Origin: a virus
Taxonomy: Duplodnaviria; Caudoviricetes
Reading direction: 5' to 3' (one strand)
IMG/VR virus record: IMGVR_UViG_3300020048_000009
Coordinates: 32,001 to 96,000 of that record
Length of the DNA stretch: 64,000 nucleotides
This document shows, one piece after another, positions 21,227 to 30,190 of the stretch (within the stretch, counting starts at the first letter, position 1; every line of letters starts with the position of its first letter). Position numbers and translations under genes: made by a program. The notes beneath the pieces are model-generated. The model saw only the letters and a list, made by a program, of their open reading frames with translations, was not told the origin of the DNA and ran no database searches.

Positions 21227-22077
21227 TATATAAATTCCTTGGGACTAATTACTTTGTATTTTATTAATTGTGGTAATGATATTTTATAATTTTCTATAAC
21301 TAACGTTTCTTTATTATAACATTTTGATTGCTCTACAAATGTATTTTTATAAAAATCTATAAATAAATTAAGTTTTTTAACATATATTCCATTATTTTTA
21401 ATATTTTCTAATAATGGATAAATTTGTTCGTATTTTGTAAAGGCATAATCATATGTACCTTCTTTTGCTATCTGTACTAATCTATTAATATAATTTTTTA
21501 AAGTATATTGAATTAATCTATTTTTTTCAGGAATTAATTCATCTAAATTATCATAATCTATTTCAACCTGTTTAAATTCATCTATATCTTCATTTATAAT
21601 TAATTTGATTTTACTAGTATATGTAACATTCCTTATACCATATATAACACCATATTTAACATAAATATATCCGTCTTCACTTATTTTATATCCCTTAAAG
21701 GTCCCTTTATTTATATTATATGATAATTGTACACTTTCTCCGCCCTCATAATGTCCATCATAGTCATCATCGTTCGGTATATTATTAACTCTATTATAAT
21801 CAACCTTAACTTTATAAGTATCATGTCTATATGAAAAACTCGTTCTATCATTAACAAGTATATACGTATAAACATGATTAGGGGTAGTTTGCTCCTCTAT
21901 AAGGTTTATTAATCTGTTATTCATAAATATATTGCTAAAATAATCTACAAATTTTAAAAAATCAGTATTCCAATTGTCATCAATATTTTCAGAAATCGTA
22001 TTATCTTGTTCTGTAATAACATTTGTTGTATTATTTAATAAACTCTCTTCTAATAGACTGTACCATTTTCTCTTCAT
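21226..22077 (-). CDS. paralog array A member 2
   Basis: MKRKWY..LEESLL; IDYDNLDELIP; KYKVISPKEFI. Confidence 0.8.
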   Translation of the reverse strand: MKRKWYSLLEESLLNNTTNVITEQDNTISENIDDNWNTDFLKFVDYFSNIFMNNRLINLIEEQTTPNHVYTYILVNDRTSFSYRHDTYKVKVDYNRVNNIPNDDDYDGHYEGGESVQLSYNINKGTFKGYKISEDGYIYVKYGVIYGIRNVTYTSKIKLIINEDIDEFKQVEIDYDNLDELIPEKNRLIQYTLKNYINRLVQIAKEGTYDYAFTKYEQIYPLLENIKNNGIYVKKLNLFIDFYKNTFVEQSKCYNKETLVIENYKISLPQLIKYKVISPKEFI

Positions 22078-22871
22078 TATATAAACTCCTTAGGATCAAC
22101 GCGTTCAAATTTAAAAAACCAAAAAGTATAAGAGTCATCTGTTACTAATAAATATTTATTTTCAAGTCTTAGTGTTCCAGGTAAACGAATACGGTCATAC
22201 CACATTTTAACACTCTGTATATCTATATAATTCTCTTTTAAAATTTCAGAAGCATCATATACTCTATAACCACGAGTAACCATCACTTCTAATTTTTCAT
22301 TATCTACTATATTTTTAAAATACTTTAATACTATTTCCTTATTGGTACTATCAGTATTATCGGGTAACAATGAATCTAAATTATCATAATCAACAGGAAC
22401 ATAATTTAACTTATTCATATTTTGTAAATTTATAATGGTTATTATTATTGGTCTACTTGTTGACATACCAAAACCATCATGTTCTACATAAATATATATC
22501 TGATTATTTTCTATCTTATAATCTTTAAAATTTTCATATGTTATCATTGCGCCTTCCATAAAACTAAGACCACCATTAAACTCTCTTATATGCCATGTCA
22601 TATACCAGCCATCAGCATTATATTTACCCTTTCTATGATACATAGAACGTTTATTATACACTTGAAATTCTGCAATTATTTCATAGTTTTTTTCATTAAT
22701 AGCTAACTTCTGAAATAAAGACATAAAACTATTCCATTTTTTATCTTTTTCATTAGAATCATTATTCTGATCACCTATATCATCAAATATATCATCCTCT
22801 GTAATAAATGATTCTTTTAACAATTTACCCTCTATATCACTAAACCATTTTCTTTTCATATTATCACACAA
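22077..22871 (-). CDS. paralog array A member 1
   Basis: MKRKWF..KLLKES; VDYDNLDSLLP; VDPKEFI; late promoter upstream. Confidence 0.8.
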   Translation of the reverse strand: MCDNMKRKWFSDIEGKLLKESFITEDDIFDDIGDQNNDSNEKDKKWNSFMSLFQKLAINEKNYEIIAEFQVYNKRSMYHRKGKYNADGWYMTWHIREFNGGLSFMEGAMITYENFKDYKIENNQIYIYVEHDGFGMSTSRPIIITIINLQNMNKLNYVPVDYDNLDSLLPDNTDSTNKEIVLKYFKNIVDNEKLEVMVTRGYRVYDASEILKENYIDIQSVKMWYDRIRLPGTLRLENKYLLVTDDSYTFWFFKFERVDPKEFI

Positions 22872-22951
22872 AAGCTTATCAATATTTTTATTTATTTATC
22901 ACTATTTTATAAGCATTACCTGTATAATTAGCATATACATAGGAAAAGATT

Positions 22952-23218
22952 ATGAATAAAACATATCAAGAATTACCAGAAGAACTAAAAATATTAGCAG
23001 ACAATATAGATAAACCCTATAATGAAAATTATAACTATATAAAAGATATGGATAAATTTGTTAAATATGAAAAAGAAGTAAAAGGTTTAACTCATCTGAA
23101 TATAAGTAGTGGTATTTATGGTAATACTTCATCACCGAATCAAATAGCTTATACTTTTATTCAATTATGCTATTCACCAACCTTAATAAAACAAGACTGT
23201 ACAGGAGTATTTTTCTAA
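22952..23218 (+). CDS. hypothetical protein
   Basis: ORF with RBS, first of a small-ORF operon. Confidence 0.6.
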   Translation: MNKTYQELPEELKILADNIDKPYNENYNYIKDMDKFVKYEKEVKGLTHLNISSGIYGNTSSPNQIAYTFIQLCYSPTLIKQDCTGVFF

Positions 23219-23224
23219 AAGATT

Positions 23225-23497
23225 ATGAAACAAGAAGTAACGCTAATAACAGCAGAAGAAGCCAGACGTAGAGTAAACACACCTCAACAACTACAACTGG
23301 TAGATATTAATAATAAAATCATAGAAGCCTGTGACCAGGATAAGTATTTTATTGAATATAAAGATCCCTATCAAATAGTAATCAATACCCTAAAACAATC
23401 AGGATATGAAGTAATGGAAACCAATCCATTAGCACCTCAAGCTACTATAATAGTATCCTGGAAACCTAAACAAGACTATTCTATGTTTAAACGTTAA
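23225..23497 (+). CDS. hypothetical protein
   Basis: LITAEEAR...L..SGY.V...IVSW pattern. Confidence 0.65.
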   Translation: MKQEVTLITAEEARRRVNTPQQLQLVDINNKIIEACDQDKYFIEYKDPYQIVINTLKQSGYEVMETNPLAPQATIIVSWKPKQDYSMFKR

Positions 23498-23520
23498 CTT
23501 GTAGTGAAAAATAAAATGTT

Positions 23521-23907
23521 ATGAAATTCTCAGACTTTTCAGATATAGATTATGCTTATATAAAGAATTATATCATCACTCAACATGATATGTTTCAAGA
23601 TTTACAGGCTATGCATGGTATAAAAAATGATGCAGTGGGTATTCTGGGTAAAGCTATTTCACTTCAAGAATTAGAACAACTTAAAGAAACGGATGAAGAA
23701 CTTATTCCCGATCTAGAAATACTCTTTAAAGAAATAATAGAAAATGAAAAACTTGCTCTTATTAAAAGTAAAGAATATTCTAGAGATATAAATCAATCTA
23801 TTGGAGATTTTGAATCAGAATATCAAAGTATTCCTAATACTTTATATGACCAATTCGGAAATGTCTATACTATAAGTAGAGGTTATACTCAAGAAATGGG
23901 ACAATAA
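23521..23907 (+). CDS. hypothetical protein
   Basis: ORF in operon. Confidence 0.6.
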   Translation: MKFSDFSDIDYAYIKNYIITQHDMFQDLQAMHGIKNDAVGILGKAISLQELEQLKETDEELIPDLEILFKEIIENEKLALIKSKEYSRDINQSIGDFESEYQSIPNTLYDQFGNVYTISRGYTQEMGQ

Positions 23908-23908
23908 T

Positions 23909-24190
23909 ATGTTCAATATTTCTATATTAAGATTAATACAATTAACTAATACTCCTGATAAAGAAGAGAATTTAGAAGAACCTTGTATAAATTGTGTCGA
24001 TTATACAAAAGGATCGCTTAGTGATAGAGTATGTGATGAATGTCATAAACCTGAATATAAAAAATTTCTAAAGAAAATAGAAAGTAATAAACCTTCTAAA
24101 GATTCAAAATGCCCTATTTGTAATTCAAATTGGTTAGGCTGGGATGAAAATTGTACAACATGTTTAAACTGCGGATATGACTTTAATTAA
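23909..24190 (+). CDS. Cys-rich zinc-ribbon protein
   Basis: four CxxC pairs. Confidence 0.65.
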   Translation: MFNISILRLIQLTNTPDKEENLEEPCINCVDYTKGSLSDRVCDECHKPEYKKFLKKIESNKPSKDSKCPICNSNWLGWDENCTTCLNCGYDFN

Positions 24191-24605
24191 TAAAATGAAT
24201 ACACAATCAATAACACTTCTATATAAAACTGATGTTCCAGGACCCAATGGACGTATATATTCTAAAGATGTCGTAAAAGCCGCATTTGAAGAATATTACA
24301 GTAGAATAAAAAATCAACAATCTTTCGGTAATCTAGGTTTTCGTCTATATTATTCTGTTCTAAATAACCCCGTACAAGATTTAAATAATGCTAGTCATCG
24401 CATAGATGACATAGAAGACGTACCAGAAGGCTTTAATATCACTGCCACATGCCTCCAAAAAACTAAAGCGGGCAAAATACTATCTGAAATGCTGACCAAT
24501 AAGGTAGCAGTGAGATTCGGTTTAAGAGGTATAGGTCGTATAGAAGATAATCACGTAAAAGACTTTAAACTTATTTCAGTAGATATACTATCAGCGGATG
24601 AATAA
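24177..24605 (+). CDS. T4 gp21-like prohead protease paralog, probably inactive
   Basis: PNGRIYS, ASHRI, T.AGKIL, RG.GRI, DF.LISVDI; lacks GEL.HP and SSRG. Confidence 0.65.
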   Translation: MTLINKMNTQSITLLYKTDVPGPNGRIYSKDVVKAAFEEYYSRIKNQQSFGNLGFRLYYSVLNNPVQDLNNASHRIDDIEDVPEGFNITATCLQKTKAGKILSEMLTNKVAVRFGLRGIGRIEDNHVKDFKLISVDILSADE

Positions 24606-25077
24606 CAATATGATAACTACACCAGAAACAAAAGAACTAAATAAGGCTTGGAGAAAATTCAATAAAACATTTGATCATTCTAAGGATTTTATTCCAGGTA
24701 AAGAAGCGTTTAAAGCAGGATATGAATTCTGCAAAAGCCTTCAGACTCCTAAACCCACAAAGAAAATCTATAAATATATCGTCGTCAATTATAAGTTCGA
24801 TAGTCCTGATTATAACGAAAGTATGGTATTTCAAGATAAAGACAGAAAAGACTGTATAATTGTAAGTAAAGATGAATCTAACTATGTCAAAAGAAATTTC
24901 GATGTAAGATGGATGGCTGAACACCTTAAAGACATTAAGCTATATAATAAAAGAGAAGAAGCACGAGAAGCTGTAAAACTCAATAAAGAAAATGATCCTG
25001 ATATAAAAGAAGTAATCTGGAAAGTCGAAGTAAATGAACATTCTCAATTTATTAACTGGATAAAAAAGACACCCTAA
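24598..25077 (+). CDS. hypothetical protein
   Basis: ORF in operon. Confidence 0.6.
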   Translation: MNNNMITTPETKELNKAWRKFNKTFDHSKDFIPGKEAFKAGYEFCKSLQTPKPTKKIYKYIVVNYKFDSPDYNESMVFQDKDRKDCIIVSKDESNYVKRNFDVRWMAEHLKDIKLYNKREEAREAVKLNKENDPDIKEVIWKVEVNEHSQFINWIKKTP

Positions 25078-25092
25078 GGATATATTAATATA

Positions 25093-25275
25093 ATGAATAA
25101 CGATATAAAAGAACTTATTAAAACATATGATGATTATTTAGAGTTTTTAAAGAAATCTAATGAAGAACCTTTATCTATTGCATGGGCGCATGGATATAAA
25201 TGTCCTGAAGAACTTATAGTACAAGGTCATTGTTTTAGAGAAAATATTAATAATTTAAAAAAGAGGGTAACATAA
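25093..25275 (+). CDS. small hypothetical protein
   Basis: ORF in operon. Confidence 0.55.
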   Translation: MNNDIKELIKTYDDYLEFLKKSNEEPLSIAWAHGYKCPEELIVQGHCFRENINNLKKRVT

Positions 25276-25276
25276 T

Positions 25277-25459
25277 ATGAAAAATAAAAAATATAATCAT
25301 ACTCAAAGAGATTGTACTCCTTTATGGAATATAGTCGTTAAATGTTCAGTAGATGGTTTTAATAACGGACTTTCAGATGAACAATTAAAAAAATACATTA
25401 CAAAGTTCAGAGATAGACTCGATAAACTTATAGAAAAGAAACTTTCTAAGAAGACCTAA
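25277..25459 (+). CDS. small hypothetical protein
   Basis: ORF in operon. Confidence 0.55.
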   Translation: MKNKKYNHTQRDCTPLWNIVVKCSVDGFNNGLSDEQLKKYITKFRDRLDKLIEKKLSKKT

Positions 25460-25636
25460 ATGAAATGTAAAGAATGTGAAAATAAACCAGAACGATTACT
25501 TTCATTAAAGGGTGATGGTTGGTGTGAAGTACATAAAATGAAATTCTTTTTCTCAGAAAGAAATAATCCCTGTCCAATATGTGCAAGAGAGAATAATCTT
25601 TGTGATAGATGTGGAAAAGAATTAAAGGAAAAATAA
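25460..25636 (+). CDS. small Cys-rich protein (58 aa, not in ORF track)
   Basis: MKCKEC...CPIC...CDRC. Confidence 0.55.
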   Translation: MKCKECENKPERLLSLKGDGWCEVHKMKFFFSERNNPCPICARENNLCDRCGKELKEK

Positions 25637-25706
25637 AGTTCTAAGAAAACAAAAGAAAACCTATGGTTTTTGAAAAGGTCAAAAAGGCCCCCGTGATTGG
25701 CCCTTT

Positions 25707-25855
25707 TGGATACAACAGCCTATATACAGATACAATCACATATACGCAGATACAACCCCTATATATCAGATACAGTATGCAGTATATCAGATACAGTCTA
25801 CATACAGCAGATACATATGATACGTATCAGATACAGCTATACAGGCTGCAGATAC
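25707..25855 (+). repeat. iteron-like array of CAGATAC with 20-21 bp period
   Basis: CAGATAC at 25727, 25747, 25767, 25788, 25808, 25828, 25849 plus GGATAC at 25708. Confidence 0.8.
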
Positions 25856-25970
25856 GCTGTATGAATACAGGGTGGGCCATCCAGGATCAATATTATAGAA
25901 AATAGCGCTGCAGTGTTTTAAAAGAACGAGTATAATTATATTATAAAAATATATACAGGAGATAATTGAT

Positions 25971-26249
25971 ATGTCATATAGTATTAAGCCGCAAGGAGAT
26001 AGGTTGTTATTGAAGATGGATGTTACAGCTGAACGTGTTGTGTGCGGCGTGATCTTACCGGATCAGGCGTGTGGCGACTTGCTGCGGCGTGGTGTGATAG
26101 TTAGTGTGGGTACAGGCTGCGCCTCATCCTGGAGTGCCGGGACGCGTGTACTGATTGGCAAGGAGACAGGCACACCAGTTAAGATGGGCGACGTGCAGTA
26201 TGTCCTTATACCGGCGGCAGACATCCTAGCGGAGATAACAGATGATTAA
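25971..26249 (+). CDS. groES: co-chaperonin GroES
   Basis: IKPQGDRLLL, GVILPD, G.IVSVG.G, DILAEI. Confidence 0.85.
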   Translation: MSYSIKPQGDRLLLKMDVTAERVVCGVILPDQACGDLLRRGVIVSVGTGCASSWSAGTRVLIGKETGTPVKMGDVQYVLIPAADILAEITDD

Positions 26250-26487
26250 TTTCTTAGATAATATTGTACTGTTTATATTCGATTCCGGTTTAATACTGTT
26301 TAGCTTTATAGTATTATGGTTACTAGCAGCAGTATATGGAGCAGCGATAGTATTGACACTGTTTGCATATACCAGGAAGCTGTACAGGAGTTGGAAGTAT
26401 GTGTCGAATGTGTTTATAGACAGTGTGGTTAATTTTCAATACTGGACTGAAATGGACTTTTTAAAAGATAGAGACAGAGAAGAATAA
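26242..26487 (+). CDS. small membrane protein
   Basis: long hydrophobic segment between groES and groEL. Confidence 0.6.
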   Translation: MINFLDNIVLFIFDSGLILFSFIVLWLLAAVYGAAIVLTLFAYTRKLYRSWKYVSNVFIDSVVNFQYWTEMDFLKDRDREE

Positions 26488-26504
26488 AAGGAGTAGAAAT
26501 AATA

Positions 26505-28145
26505 ATGAGCAATAAGAAGCAGATAGTGTTTGATAAAGATGTACGGGAAAAGATACTGAAGGGTATTACTATCCTGGCAAAGAGTGTGGGTTCTACGTTA
26601 GGACCGTCAGGTAAGTGTGTGGCTATCCAGAATCAGTACGGATCACATACGATCACCAAGGACGGCGTGACAGTGGCTAAATCGATCAGCGTCGAGGATC
26701 CGTTTGAGGATCTAGGGATTCAGCTTATTAAAGAGGTGGCGTCTCAGACTGCGAATGTGGCAGGTGACGGTACGACTACTGCGACCATCCTGGTTGAAGC
26801 GATCTATAAGGAAGGACTCAAGTATCTTACTGCGGAGTATGATGCGCAGCAGCTTAAGCGTGAGATTGACGCAGCGGTTACATTTGTTCTAGGGAAAGTT
26901 AAAGAGCAGTCGCAGCCAGTGACGACATCAGCGGCGATTGAACAGGTGGCTACTATCTCTGCGAACGGTGACAAGGAGATCGGTAAGATGCTGGCTGAGG
27001 CCTTTGAGAAGGTAGGCCCTGATGGAATGGTAACAGTAGAACCTGGCGACAAGGCGGAGACCTATTTGAACCTGGTGACAGGTATGCAGTTCAACCGTGG
27101 TTATACATCGCCTTATTTCGTGACCGACGTGGACAGTATGACCTGTACCTATGAGCGTGCGGCAGTGTTGCTGTACGATAAGAAGATCTCTAATGTTAAT
27201 GAAATCCTGCCAGTGCTGCAGTACGCGGCCAAGCAGAAGGTGCCGCTCATCCTTATTGCAGAGGATATAGAGGGTGAAGCATTAAGTACACTGGTCGTGA
27301 ATCGCATACGCGGCAACATTGCAGTGTGCGGCATCAAGGCACCGGAGTACGGACAGCAGCGCAAATATGCTTTAGAAGATCTAGCAAAACTATTAGGCTG
27401 CAAGGTGATCAGTGAGGATACCGGGCAGAAGCTGGAGAACGTCACTGATGCTATGTATTTAGGTGTCGCTGACAAAATCATTGTTACCCGGGACAGTACG
27501 ACTATTATTAAGAAAACCCCAGAAGAAGGCTTCCAGGAATATGTTGCAGCGCTGCGTGAACAGGTTAAGCATGCGACGTCAGACTATGAAGTCATGAAGC
27601 TGCAGGGAAGAATCGCTAAACTGGTTGGCGGCATCGGTGTTATTAAAGTAGGCGCAGTAACAGAGGCTGCCATGAAGGAGAAGAAGGACCGGGTAGACGA
27701 CGCGTTCCATGCGACTAAAGCTGCTATCCAGGAAGGTGTTGTACCTGGCGGCGGTATAGCGTTGTTAAACATAGTCCACATGATTTCTACGGAGTTCGGA
27801 ACAGGTGGACGTATAGTTCAGAAGGCTATCGCTGCACCTATCCAGAAGATGCTGTCGAATGCAGGATTGGACCCAGCTATCTATATCAACCGTCTAGAAG
27901 TATTACAGGACGCTGCACAGGCTAACGGTACCTGGAACGTTGAAGGCTATAACATCCTTACCCGTACGTATGTTGATATGTTCGCTGCAGGCATTGTTGA
28001 TCCTGCTAAGGTTACCAGAACAGCGCTGGAGAACGCGGCAAGCATCGCAGGCTTGTTACTTACTACAGACTGTATGATAGTTGATATGCCCGACGACAGG
28101 CCTCAGTTGGTGATGCCAAATATGGGCGGCGGCGGAATGATGTAA
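26505..28145 (+). CDS. groEL: chaperonin GroEL
   Basis: TLGPSG, ITKDGVTVAK, AGDGTTTAT, GMQFNRGY.SPYF, VVPGGG, GGGGMM tail. Confidence 0.98.
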   Translation: MSNKKQIVFDKDVREKILKGITILAKSVGSTLGPSGKCVAIQNQYGSHTITKDGVTVAKSISVEDPFEDLGIQLIKEVASQTANVAGDGTTTATILVEAIYKEGLKYLTAEYDAQQLKREIDAAVTFVLGKVKEQSQPVTTSAAIEQVATISANGDKEIGKMLAEAFEKVGPDGMVTVEPGDKAETYLNLVTGMQFNRGYTSPYFVTDVDSMTCTYERAAVLLYDKKISNVNEILPVLQYAAKQKVPLILIAEDIEGEALSTLVVNRIRGNIAVCGIKAPEYGQQRKYALEDLAKLLGCKVISEDTGQKLENVTDAMYLGVADKIIVTRDSTTIIKKTPEEGFQEYVAALREQVKHATSDYEVMKLQGRIAKLVGGIGVIKVGAVTEAAMKEKKDRVDDAFHATKAAIQEGVVPGGGIALLNIVHMISTEFGTGGRIVQKAIAAPIQKMLSNAGLDPAIYINRLEVLQDAAQANGTWNVEGYNILTRTYVDMFAAGIVDPAKVTRTALENAASIAGLLLTTDCMIVDMPDDRPQLVMPNMGGGGMM

Positions 28146-28209
28146 GCTGCAGCTAAATGTAGGTGTACAAATTATATAGTCTTCTAGGAGATTATGTAAC
28201 GTAAAAACG

Positions 28210-28246
28210 AAGGCCTCTCATACCGTAATTGATATGAGAGGCCTTT
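28210..28246. terminator. hairpin terminator between groEL and a convergent ORF
   Basis: AAGGCCTCTCATA / TATGAGAGGCCTT. Confidence 0.7.
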
Positions 28247-28269
28247 AATATATATTCTTGCAGCTTTAT

Positions 28270-28656
28270 TTAAAGTTCAACAATCTTCGCGTCCTTAACA
28301 TATTTGCAATAAAGGCTTGCATAGCCCCAATTAATGTTCTTGCTCTTTTGACGCTCGAGGATCTCACTAATCCGAAAAGCTTTAAGGGTTTGCCAAACAG
28401 CACCGACTGAGCCATATCCCTCATTAGGACGACCCTTAGTGTGCTTTGTCATATCCTTGATTTGTTCTTTGGTCAAGGCTCGCATGCAATCACCCTTCTT
28501 AGTAAAGCCCGATGAAGGTGACATGATGATAACCGAATCAAAGTAGTTGACGCCACAAACCCCTTCAGCAAATTGATTTCCACCCCAATGCAAAAGAGCA
28601 TATTGCTCCAAGGCTTCGGGATGTTCTTTTACGAAGGTTTCTAATCTATGAAACAT
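28270..28656 (-). CDS. hypothetical early protein
   Basis: AAGGAG RBS and early promoter upstream. Confidence 0.7.
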   Translation of the reverse strand: MFHRLETFVKEHPEALEQYALLHWGGNQFAEGVCGVNYFDSVIIMSPSSGFTKKGDCMRALTKEQIKDMTKHTKGRPNEGYGSVGAVWQTLKAFRISEILERQKSKNINWGYASLYCKYVKDAKIVEL

Positions 28657-28727
28657 TTGATGCTCCTTGTTGTGTGATTGAATAGATATATGATGTCACA
28701 TATCCTTAGAACAATACACTTAAAAGG

Positions 28728-28907
28728 CTAATGCTTTTTCTTTTTTTCTTCCTCTTCGTTATTGGTGTATGTCCAATTAGTACTCTTACATTTTGGACAT
28801 ACATAATCAAAATACTCAAACAAAGGCGATAATCCGAATCGTGGCAATTTTTCGTTTTTATCGTATTTATTTCCACATGCATTGCATATATGAAACCAAT
28901 GTAGCAT
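28728..28907 (-). CDS. small zinc-ribbon protein (59 aa, not in ORF track)
   Basis: CNACG...CPKC. Confidence 0.55.
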   Translation of the reverse strand: MLHWFHICNACGNKYDKNEKLPRFGLSPLFEYFDYVCPKCKSTNWTYTNNEEEEKKKKH

Positions 28908-29002
28908 AAAAGTTTTTCCTATTTCTTCTTTTGTGGTTTACATAGATGGTAGGCATACCAACACCAATAAATCCAGAAAAATGTCATTGCTGTTGTCATT
29001 TT

Positions 29003-29197
29003 CTATTTTTGTTCGACATATTCCATGGTGTACACATAAGCGAAATATGCATAGAGCAATGCTGCTCCGATTTCAAGGATTGATAACAATGGACGTTCGA
29101 AGATGTTGATTCCGAAACGAAAACCATACGTGATCATAAGATCGATTGAGGCGAGAACGATGATGGCATTTAAAGACTTCTTAAAGAATTTTTTCAT
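29003..29197 (-). CDS. small two-TM membrane protein
   Basis: two hydrophobic segments; AAGGA RBS. Confidence 0.65.
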   Translation of the reverse strand: MKKFFKKSLNAIIVLASIDLMITYGFRFGINIFERPLLSILEIGAALLYAYFAYVYTMEYVEQK

Positions 29198-29491
29198 GGT
29201 GTTCCTTGTTGCTTGATTGAATAGATATATAATGCCAAAAATCTTTAGAACAATACACTTAAAAACTAATGGATTTTTATTTTATTTTCTTTGAAATTCC
29301 TGGTGAATTGTGGTGTACAAAGATTTATAGAAATGATATTCGCGTGCGCATTCCTATATAAGATATACATTGAAAAAAGATTCAGATAAAATAAAAATCT
29401 CAGTGTATGTTTCTCTTCGGATTGTATAATATATATCTATCTTAAATGCACAACGCATTAAGAACAAACCAAAAAGAAAGAGAGTTCCAAT

Positions 29492-29803
29492 ATGAAACGT
29501 GATGCAAATGGTCGCTTCCTCCCCAAGTCCGCAACAGTCGCTCCGGTCGCCAAGAAAGTTGTCGCCCCCGTCGAGCAGAAGCCTGTTGAAACCGATCCCG
29601 TCAAGATGATCAAGCCCCTCGCGAAGTTGCTGGTCGGCGTGGTCGGCACGGGTGTCGCAACGGCCGTCGAGAAAGAGCTCTTCGCCAAGTATCGCACCTC
29701 GGGTGTGTATCAGGCCAACAAGGCCAACCTCTGCGCGCTCTATACCCAACTGGGTATGACTGAGATGGCCGAGCTGGTCGCGGCTGACATGATCGGCGAG
29801 TAA
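29492..29803 (+). CDS. KRDxxGRF-family small protein, paralog of 42161..42472
   Basis: MKRDANGRFLPKSA; GC-rich codons. Confidence 0.75.
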   Translation: MKRDANGRFLPKSATVAPVAKKVVAPVEQKPVETDPVKMIKPLAKLLVGVVGTGVATAVEKELFAKYRTSGVYQANKANLCALYTQLGMTEMAELVAADMIGE

Positions 29804-29925
29804 GTCAAGAACAAATCGAGGGGGTGAAAATCCCCCAAGTTTTTTGTTTTGCTTTGTTGTATCTTAATGAGATATGGGTAAGACGTTTATGAAGTGGAAT
29901 TACTAGTCTCCATGGATTAAGCATT

Positions 29926-30047
29926 CAGAGATAGATTGAGGGAACTAGTGTTAATGGTTAGCACAAGGGCCTTTGTCCCTTAGAGCGGTTCGAATCCGTA
30001 CCCTTAGAACAGATCTTAAGCTATAGCTTAACAGGTGAAATCCTCTG
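29926..30047 (+). ncRNA. three-way-junction RNA copy 1 with tRNA-derived insert
   Basis: CAGAG-AT-AGATT ... GAAC ... GTGAA-AT-C-CTCTG; D-, anticodon- and T-arm-like segments inside. Confidence 0.6.
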
Positions 30048-30190
30048 TATCTTACCTTGATTCGGGACATGTTAAAGTGTCCCGTTTCTTTTATTTAGTG
30101 TTAAGGTTCTAGGAATTTGTACACCGGATAAAAGAAAAACCTGATAACTATTAATTATCAGGTTTCATTGTAACGTATCTTGTTGAGATA

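Noticed and set aside
25707-25855. CRISPR or TIGR-like array
   Set aside because: The repeat is only 7 bp with 13-14 bp spacers, there is no cas or effector gene nearby, and the spacers share TATA motifs. Iteron-like is the better description.
26804-27781. Antisense ORFs in groEL and many other opposite-strand or alternate-frame ORFs in the track (e.g. 29354, 41119, 48787, 53136, 55036, 58648)
   Set aside because: Shadow ORFs of real genes or tRNAs, without RBS or promoter support.
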